Below, in pieces: positions 57,694 through 64,000 of a stretch of 64,000 nucleotides of DNA. The notes beneath the pieces are model-generated. The model made no database searches and was not told where the DNA came from. It saw only the letters and a program-made list of their open reading frames with translations. The stretch covers positions 329,879 to 393,878 of the forward strand of contig CAUTSC010000001.1 in assembly GCA_963541275.1 (NCBI GenBank), in the 5' to 3' direction. The translations under genes were made by a program, and so were the position numbers. The stretch's first letter is position 1, and the number at the start of each line of letters is the position of its first letter. This DNA comes from an uncultured Pseudomonadota bacterium (GTDB taxonomy: Bacteria; Pseudomonadota; Alphaproteobacteria; Rs-D84; CACZYB01).

Positions 57694-58512
57694 ATGAATA
57701 AAAAAATAGCAGTAATAACAATGGCAAGAAATGATAATTTATTTTTAACTAAATGGATAGATTATTATGGGACTAGTTTGGGATTTGAAAATTTATATGT
57801 GTATCTGGATGGATTAGATCAAAATTTTCAAGATGAAAGAGTTAATATAACTAAAGTGGAACATAAACAATTATCAAGAGCAAAAGGTGATAAATACAGG
57901 ATAACACTTTTAAATAAACTTGCAAAATCATTGTTTGAAAAAGGTTATGAAATACTGGTTGGATGTGATTGTGATGAGTTTTTGATTGTTGATACAAATA
58001 CAAATTTAGATTTATATAGTTATTTATCAAATTTAAAAATAAAAGGTTGTATTTCTGGACTTGGTTTAGATGTGGGGCAAAATTTAAAAGAAGAGACAGA
58101 TTTAGATTTTTCAAAAAACTTACTATCTCAACGAAATTATGCTTTACTTTCAACCCGTTATACAAAACCAGTTATTTTAAATAAAGCATTAAATTGGGGC
58201 AGTGGTTTTCATTCTGTAAAAGGGAAAAGAGTGAATATTGATAAAAATTTATATTTACTACATTTTGGTGGAGCAGATTTGAAAACATTAAAAAATAAAA
58301 ACAGAGAAATTGATTGGCAAAATCATTTAAAACGAAGGGCAAAAACAATCTATCTTACAACTAATTCAAAAAAATATGGTGAAAAAATTATAAAAATAGC
58401 AAGATTTTTACAAAATATTTTATTTCCAATCTATTCCTGGCAAAAACCAGCAATGCTATTCTTAAAACCAGTCATAAAAATTCCAGAAAGATTTAAAAAG
58501 GTAAAGATATAG
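57694..58512 (+). CDS. putative glycosyltransferase (GT-A-like; hypothetical)
   Basis: VITMARND and a DxD-like CDCDEF motif. Confidence 0.35.
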   Translation: MNKKIAVITMARNDNLFLTKWIDYYGTSLGFENLYVYLDGLDQNFQDERVNITKVEHKQLSRAKGDKYRITLLNKLAKSLFEKGYEILVGCDCDEFLIVDTNTNLDLYSYLSNLKIKGCISGLGLDVGQNLKEETDLDFSKNLLSQRNYALLSTRYTKPVILNKALNWGSGFHSVKGKRVNIDKNLYLLHFGGADLKTLKNKNREIDWQNHLKRRAKTIYLTTNSKKYGEKIIKIARFLQNILFPIYSWQKPAMLFLKPVIKIPERFKKVKI

Positions 58513-58519
58513 AATATTT

Positions 58520-59482
58520 TCAAATATTTTTAATCTTTTTTATATGATAATCTGTTAATAAATTTTCTTTTTTTAATTCATTTAAAACAGATTTTCCTTG
58601 TAAAATTTCTTCTTTATCTTTTAAGTGATTAAAGTGATTTATTATATAACTTACAAAAGGATATATATAATTTTCCTTTACTTTTTCAAAATTTGTACTT
58701 TTTTTATATATTTCAACAACTTTTTTTAACCCTATATGTAAATTGATAATTTTTTTTAACTGATTATTGCTTGCCATAATAGAATTAAAATTTGGAATAT
58801 AATAATATAAATTTAAGCTTGTAATAGTAATAAGAGGCTTTTTTGCAAATACTTCAAGAAGCCAAGGAAAATCTTCAAAAATAATTCCTTTCATAAATGG
58901 AATATTTTCTATTAACTTTTTACTATAAAACCCCTGCCAAACATAACAATGTTTTAATTGTAATTTTTCTCCTTTTATCTTTTTTTCACTAGCATAAGAA
59001 AAAATATCATTGCTGGTAATATAGTCTATATTTCTATAATCATAATTTTTATTTAAATTAAATGGCTTTACATCAGTTGATAAATGTAGGGCCTGTCTTA
59101 TAAGTAATCTAGTTCTATAATTGGTATGTTTTTTTATAAAAACAATATCAGATTTTTCTTGTTCTGCCAAATTAACACATATCTCTAATAAATTTTTATG
59201 TATAAAATCATCACTATCTAAAAAATAAATATAATCTCCATTTGCTTTTTCAACACCATAATTTCTTGCATCTGAAAGGCCACCATTTTCTTTTGTAAAA
59301 ACCTTGATCCTATCATCTTTTTTTGCATATTCATTCGCAATATTTAAAGAGTTATCAGGGGAACCATCATTAACACAAATAATTTCAAAATCTCTAAAGG
59401 TTTGATTTAAGACGGAATCTAAACAGCTTGCTAAATATTTTTCTACATTATAAATTGGAATTATGACTGAAATTTTTGGCAT
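58520..59482 (-). CDS. family 2 glycosyltransferase
   Basis: ISVIIPIYNVEKYLASCLDSVLNQTF...NDGSPD...YIYFLDSDD, the classic GT2 motifs. Confidence 0.8.
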   Translation of the reverse strand: MPKISVIIPIYNVEKYLASCLDSVLNQTFRDFEIICVNDGSPDNSLNIANEYAKKDDRIKVFTKENGGLSDARNYGVEKANGDYIYFLDSDDFIHKNLLEICVNLAEQEKSDIVFIKKHTNYRTRLLIRQALHLSTDVKPFNLNKNYDYRNIDYITSNDIFSYASEKKIKGEKLQLKHCYVWQGFYSKKLIENIPFMKGIIFEDFPWLLEVFAKKPLITITSLNLYYYIPNFNSIMASNNQLKKIINLHIGLKKVVEIYKKSTNFEKVKENYIYPFVSYIINHFNHLKDKEEILQGKSVLNELKKENLLTDYHIKKIKNI

Positions 59483-59512
59483 ACTTTTTTATAAATCACA
59501 TATATACAAAAA

Positions 59513-59589
59513 TGGTCGGGGAGACAAGATTTGAACTTGCGGCACCTAGTTCCCAAAACTAGTACTCTACCAGACTGAGCTACTCCCCG
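59513..59589 (-). tRNA. tRNA-Pro (anticodon TGG)
   Basis: The reverse complement CGGGGAGTAGCTCAGTCTGGTAGAGTACTAGTTTTGGGAACTAGGTGCCGCAAGTTCAAATCTTGTCTCCCCGACCA folds into a cloverleaf with anticodon loop TTTGGGA. Confidence 0.9.
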
Positions 59590-59654
59590 AACAAACCTTA
59601 ATTATATATAATGTTTTTTTTATTTCAACAATTTTTAATGGAACTGAATATTTA

Positions 59655-61763
59655 TTGATTTTAATAATATTTTATTTTAATTTAAACAAAATGTTAAGAT
59701 TGTCAAGATACATCACTTATACTTCAAAACAAATTGAAAAAGAATATTTTCAATATGTCTTTTTTATTCCTGTTTTAATCTCTATTGGTATTTTAATTTA
59801 CTTTAATCTTAATTTTGAACCCAATATTCACAATACATTTTTGATTTTGTTATTAAGCATTTTTTCTCTGTTCATTGATTTGCCAAAAAGAAAAAAATAT
59901 TTTATTTTTAAAGTTTTAAAATTTGCACTTTTATTTATTATTTTGGGATTTTTCATTATTACAATCAAAGCCAATTTTTTAAATACATTTTTACTAAATA
60001 AAAAAGCAAATGATAAAATTATTACTGGAAGGGTTATAAGGATAGAACAAAATCAAAAATATAATAAGATAGTTGTTGATAATGTAAAAATTTTAAATAT
60101 TGGGATTTATTCTGTTTTAAATAAAATCAAAAAATTGCAGATAAATTTTAATACTTCACATAAACTGCCAGAAATAGGTAAAGATATTATTGTAAAAGCA
60201 GATATTAGACCCTTTTTATATCCTATCACAAATAAAAGTTTTAATTTCCGTCGTTATTATTATTTTAATGAAATATCAGGCAAAGCTTTTCTAAAATCAA
60301 ATTGGCAATATAATTTACAACAAAAAGATAACAATATTTTTGATAAGATTATTTTCAAAATTTACAAACTACGTCAAAAGATAAATGAAAAAATTTCATC
60401 AATAATAAAAAACGATAATAAAGAAATTATTATGTCAATTATGACAGGTAAAAGATATTTTGAAAATAAAATAACAGAACAATATAAAGCTGCAGGTGTC
60501 AGTCATATTTTATCTATTTCTGGGCTTCATTTTGGAATTATAATGGGATTTATCTTTTTTATTATAAGATATTTTTTGCTACTTTTCTCATATATTCAAA
60601 ATAAATATGATATAAAAAAATTAACAGCAATTATCACATTTTTAATAAGCATAATTTATTTAATTATAAGTGGAGCACGTATTCCAACAATTCGTGCATT
60701 TATAATGTTTTCTTTTATGATGCTTGCAATTTTAACAGATAAAAATCCAGTATCAATAAGGATAGTGGTGTTAAGTATGTTAATAATACTTTTGTTATAT
60801 CCAGAATCTTTAATAACCGCAGGTTTTCAATTATCATTCATTGCAACAATAACAATATTAAAATTTTTTGAAATAAAAGATCTATGGATGATAAATATAA
60901 ATAATCATACGGGATTTCATAAATACCTATTTAAAAGTATCAACTTTGTAAATGGAATTATTTTATCATCAATTGCGGTGTCTATTTTTACAATGCCAAT
61001 AATAATTTATCATTTTAATACAATACAATTATATGGATTTTTAGGAAATTTACTCATTGTGCCAATTTTCACATTTTTTGTAATGCCAACAATTTTACTA
61101 ACTTTTATTTTTATGCCATTTAATTTTTATAAAATATTTTTATATCTACTTGATTTTGAAATAAATATTATAAATTTTTTAACAGAAATTATTTCAAAAT
61201 TTCCATTTACTAATATCAAATTTTATGGCATTTCAAATATATCACTTGTTTTAATATATCTTGGGATTGCTATAAGGTTGATTTTTAAAACTAACCTAAA
61301 AAATATGGGATATGTTTTTATTTTTATTGGAATGAGTTGCAATTTTTTTAATAAAACCCCAGATATAATAATAAACAAATTTGGAAATATTTTTGCTATT
61401 AAACAAGATAATAAAATACACATTTTAAATTTAAGTAATTATAAAATAAAAGAATATGAAATTGCTGAATATAAAAAAGTTTTTAAAAGTAATATAGTTG
61501 TAAATACAGATAAAAAAAACTGGATAATAAATAACACAAAAATTGCATTTATAAATGATAACAAAGATTATGAAATTGCATGCAAAGAAAATACTTTAAT
61601 TTTTATAACTAACCCAAAATATACGATGAATTTTATTTGTAATAAAAGAGTGTTTGATAATATTTTTTCTCTTACTACTAAAGGCGCAGAATTTTACATA
61701 AACAATAATAAATATAAAGTAAAACCAATTATTGATATAGACAATAAAAGTATTTGGGATTAA
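59655..61763 (+). CDS. comEC: ComEC/Rec2-family DNA internalisation channel protein (no C-terminal MBL domain)
   Basis: A DUF4131-like N-domain and a competence domain with AAGVSHILSISGLHFGII, on a polytopic membrane protein. The start may be the internal Met at 59691. Confidence 0.8.
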   Translation: MILIIFYFNLNKMLRLSRYITYTSKQIEKEYFQYVFFIPVLISIGILIYFNLNFEPNIHNTFLILLLSIFSLFIDLPKRKKYFIFKVLKFALLFIILGFFIITIKANFLNTFLLNKKANDKIITGRVIRIEQNQKYNKIVVDNVKILNIGIYSVLNKIKKLQINFNTSHKLPEIGKDIIVKADIRPFLYPITNKSFNFRRYYYFNEISGKAFLKSNWQYNLQQKDNNIFDKIIFKIYKLRQKINEKISSIIKNDNKEIIMSIMTGKRYFENKITEQYKAAGVSHILSISGLHFGIIMGFIFFIIRYFLLLFSYIQNKYDIKKLTAIITFLISIIYLIISGARIPTIRAFIMFSFMMLAILTDKNPVSIRIVVLSMLIILLLYPESLITAGFQLSFIATITILKFFEIKDLWMININNHTGFHKYLFKSINFVNGIILSSIAVSIFTMPIIIYHFNTIQLYGFLGNLLIVPIFTFFVMPTILLTFIFMPFNFYKIFLYLLDFEINIINFLTEIISKFPFTNIKFYGISNISLVLIYLGIAIRLIFKTNLKNMGYVFIFIGMSCNFFNKTPDIIINKFGNIFAIKQDNKIHILNLSNYKIKEYEIAEYKKVFKSNIVVNTDKKNWIINNTKIAFINDNKDYEIACKENTLIFITNPKYTMNFICNKRVFDNIFSLTTKGAEFYINNNKYKVKPIIDIDNKSIWD

Positions 61764-61848
61764 TATAAAAATATTTTTCTTGTATAAAAATCTTTTTAAT
61801 ATTATCATAAAATTTAAAGAAAGGGTGTGACAACCCATGTACTAATAA

Positions 61849-61952
61849 AGTGCTGAATAGCACAAAGTGTTTTCCTACTGCAAGGTAGGAAGGTATAGGA
61901 ATATCCAATACTATACACTATTTTAGTACATAGTTGTCAACTTCCTATCAAA
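61849..61952 (+). promoter_or_regulatory. conserved leader / operator-like element, copy 2 (TAGGAA/TTCCTA repeat array) upstream of cassette 2
   Basis: GTGCTGAATAGCAC hairpin, then TTCCTACTGCAAGGTAGGAAGGTATAGGAATATCCAATACTATACACTATTT...CTTCCTATC. Confidence 0.55.
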
Positions 61953-61965
61953 AAAGGAGGATTAG

Positions 61966-62502
61966 ATGAAAAACTATATAAAAAATCATGGCAAAATTTT
62001 GCTGTTTGCTACGGGGATTTTATTTTCGCACAAAGCATTTTCAGCAAGTGAGGCAACTAAGAAGTTGATACACGAAACCCTTGCAAAATATGGAATAAGT
62101 TCCGGTGGTAAGGAAGTTTGCGGGGGTGATGAAGAACCAATTTGTAATGAACCAGGTTGCAAAGTTAAATGCAACAGGGTAGATGCAACAACTGGATTAA
62201 AGGCAAACAATTTCTGGTCGCCAAGTGATAGGTTATGTAAATCTTGTCCGGTTGGAACAATACTCAACAAAACCTCATTCCAAAGTTGTAATCAAGTTGT
62301 GTGTCCAGAAGGGACAACTGGGATAAAAGTGAGTGGTGGAAATTGTCCCACTGGGATGGATTTATTTGCTCCCAGCAAAGGAATCTGCCCCGAGGGATAT
62401 GAACTTATCAAAATTACAAATGGAAAATGCCCGGATGGGATGGAGCTTATTGATTTAAGAAACAACTGCCCATCAGGATATGAAATGTTTAAACAATCAT
62501 AA
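61966..62502 (+). CDS. Cys-rich secreted protein, cassette 2 gene A
   Basis: A signal peptide, then SEATKKLIHETLAKYGISSGGKEVCG (identical to cassette 1 apart from the first residue, which is D in cassette 1 and E here). The repeats are CPEGYEL, CPDGMEL, CPSGYEM and CPTGMDL. Confidence 0.7.
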   Translation: MKNYIKNHGKILLFATGILFSHKAFSASEATKKLIHETLAKYGISSGGKEVCGGDEEPICNEPGCKVKCNRVDATTGLKANNFWSPSDRLCKSCPVGTILNKTSFQSCNQVVCPEGTTGIKVSGGNCPTGMDLFAPSKGICPEGYELIKITNGKCPDGMELIDLRNNCPSGYEMFKQS

Positions 62503-62522
62503 TAAAAGGAAAGGAGAAAACT

Positions 62523-63080
62523 ATGATGAAAAAACAAATAAGTAAAATAAGTTTATTAAGTGCAATGCTTGTTGCAACTATGGTAAACGCCCAAGAATTC
62601 TACACCTGCGTTCCAAAAAGGAATTGGTGGAGTGATCTTATAAAAGATGGAGTAGAAAAAGGAGTTACAGAAGGTAAGAAAGAAATAGAAGAAAATAAAT
62701 GGGAAACTATTATAGATCTTACTACGGACAGTAATCCTGTTGAATTAAAACAGGCATTGTTGCCAGGCAAATACAGAGTGACAGTTGCTGTTGCAGGAGT
62801 AGGTATGGACGGAGAGAAGAAAGTAAGAATATTTACCCTTGATAAGAAAGAAGAATTTAAAGCATGTATAGAAGTAAGTGGAGGAAATGGGGGAGATAAA
62901 TATAGTATTGGTAAAGCAACATATATTGGTGGTGGCGGTGGGGGTGGTGGGGGAAGTTATTTTGAAATAGGTGAAGTTAAACTTTTATTAAAAGGTGGTG
63001 ACGGAGAAGATGCCACTCAAGAAAAAGCAGGTAAAGGTGCCAGTCCAGATGGATATATTAAAATAGAAAAATGGAAATAG
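62523..63080 (+). CDS. Gly-rich secreted protein, cassette 2 gene B
   Basis: A signal peptide, EFYTCVPK..W, a GGGGGGGGG tract, and a C-terminal PDGYIKIEKWK (cf. GDGYVKIYKYIG in cassette 1). Confidence 0.7.
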   Translation: MMKKQISKISLLSAMLVATMVNAQEFYTCVPKRNWWSDLIKDGVEKGVTEGKKEIEENKWETIIDLTTDSNPVELKQALLPGKYRVTVAVAGVGMDGEKKVRIFTLDKKEEFKACIEVSGGNGGDKYSIGKATYIGGGGGGGGGSYFEIGEVKLLLKGGDGEDATQEKAGKGASPDGYIKIEKWK

Positions 63081-63103
63081 ACTAAATAACTTCTATACAC
63101 AGT

Positions 63104-63131
63104 CTCTCCTGTTTTTTGCAGGAGTTTTTGT
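63104..63131 (+). terminator. rho-independent terminator after cassette 2
   Basis: TCTCCTGttttttGCAGGAG followed by TTTTTGTTT. Confidence 0.6.
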
Positions 63132-63138
63132 TTATAAT

Positions 63139-64000
63139 TTATTTAATTAAATCCAATTGTGTGTTGTATAGATCTATGTATTGTGAGGCGGATTTGTTCC
63201 ATGAAAAATCTTGGTTCATTGCTTGTTTTATTATGTTATTCCATATTTTTTTATCATTTTGATATAAATCAAGCGTACGAATTGTCGTATATATAAGATC
63301 ATGTACAGAATAATTTTCAAACAAGAAGCCCGTTGCATCATGTGAAACTATGGTATGAGTAAAATCTGCATTTATAATTGAATCGGCAAGTCCTCCAGTT
63401 TTGCGAGCAATAGGAATTGTACCATATTTCATTGCAAAAATTTGTGTCAGTCCGCAAGGTTCATAAAGTGCTGGATTTATTAAAATATCCGATCCTGCAA
63501 TTAAAAGATGTGATAAATCTTCATCAAAATCTGTGATTACAATTTGATTTGGATGATTGTTTTGCAACATTTTTAACTTTGGAACGTATCCACCTTGATC
63601 TGTTCCCATAATTATAATTTGTATGTTATGCATTACAAGAGCAGGTATCGCCTCTATTAAAATATCTATCCCTTTTTGTGTGGCAAGACGGCTTAATACA
63701 CAAAACACAGGAATATTTGGATTTTGTATTATGTTAAATCTTTTTTGCAATTCCAATTTATTTTGTTGTTTGCCAGTTTTAAAAGTTTTTTTATCATAAT
63801 TTGTAAGAATAGTTTTATCAGTTTCTGGATTCCAAACACTATAATCAACTCCATTTAAAATCCCAGTTAGCTGATTTTTTCTTTGTATCATATCATGATG
63901 AAGTCCATAGCCATAAAATTCAGTTTGTATTTCATTTGCATAATTTGGACTTACTGTTGTGATTTTATCTGCAAAATGAATCCCAGCTTTTAAAAAAGAA
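63139..64000 (-). CDS. glgA: glycogen synthase (C-terminal part; gene continues past the window end)
   Basis: The minus-strand frame reads continuously from 64000: ...FLKAGIHFADKITTVSPNYANEIQTEFYGYGLHHDMIQRKNQLTGILNGVDYSVWNPETD...YEPCGLTQIFAMKYGTIPIARKTGGLADSI, which are GT5 GlgA motifs. The track start at 63891 is an internal Met. Confidence 0.85.
   Translation of the reverse strand, partial: SFLKAGIHFADKITTVSPNYANEIQTEFYGYGLHHDMIQRKNQLTGILNGVDYSVWNPETDKTILTNYDKKTFKTGKQQNKLELQKRFNIIQNPNIPVFCVLSRLATQKGIDILIEAIPALVMHNIQIIIMGTDQGGYVPKLKMLQNNHPNQIVITDFDEDLSHLLIAGSDILINPALYEPCGLTQIFAMKYGTIPIARKTGGLADSIINADFTHTIVSHDATGFLFENYSVHDLIYTTIRTLDLYQNDKKIWNNIIKQAMNQDFSWNKSASQYIDLYNTQLDLIK

Overview
This 64-kb window comes from a very AT-rich, host-associated alphaproteobacterium-like genome. 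The lineage call rests on a CcrM-type N6-adenine methyltransferase, an alpha-type AddB, a single LolC/E permease gene next to lolD, and a short RNase P RNA.

The backbone is dense housekeeping: rplI-rpsR-rpsF, rpsD, rsmA, secA, tadA, recF, ddl, alaS, prfB (with the classic +1 programmed frameshift), lon, lolE-lolD, pgi, addB, rlmE, mltG, xerC/D, glgB and the 3' part of glgA. There are three tRNAs (Val-TAC, Lys-TTT, Pro-TGG) and rnpB.

Between these sit several accessory-looking modules. The main findings:
1. Two paralogous two-gene cassettes, 52 kb apart, each encoding a Cys-rich secreted protein followed by a Gly-rich secreted protein. Each is preceded by a near-identical leader of about 90 nt built from TAGGAA/TTCCTA repeats.
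2. A tightly packed six-gene operon next to tRNA-Lys: AbrB-like, ABC ATPase, ABC-2 permease, DUF2157-like, DUF4401-like and GDYXXLXY-motif proteins.
3. Scattered competence genes (type IV pilin-like, comF, comEC). comF is followed by a HAD deoxynucleotidase and a ParB/Srx-like gene.
4. An orphan VirD4-type coupling protein.
5. A 1.3-kb repeat-rich noncoding block with a strong orphan promoter element that is duplicated after secA.
6. A dCMP deaminase gene split by a G6 tract.
7. Several paralogous or Cys-rich secreted hypothetical proteins.

No CRISPR array, IS element or obvious prophage was seen. All calls are from reading the sequence and the six-frame track; no database searches were possible.
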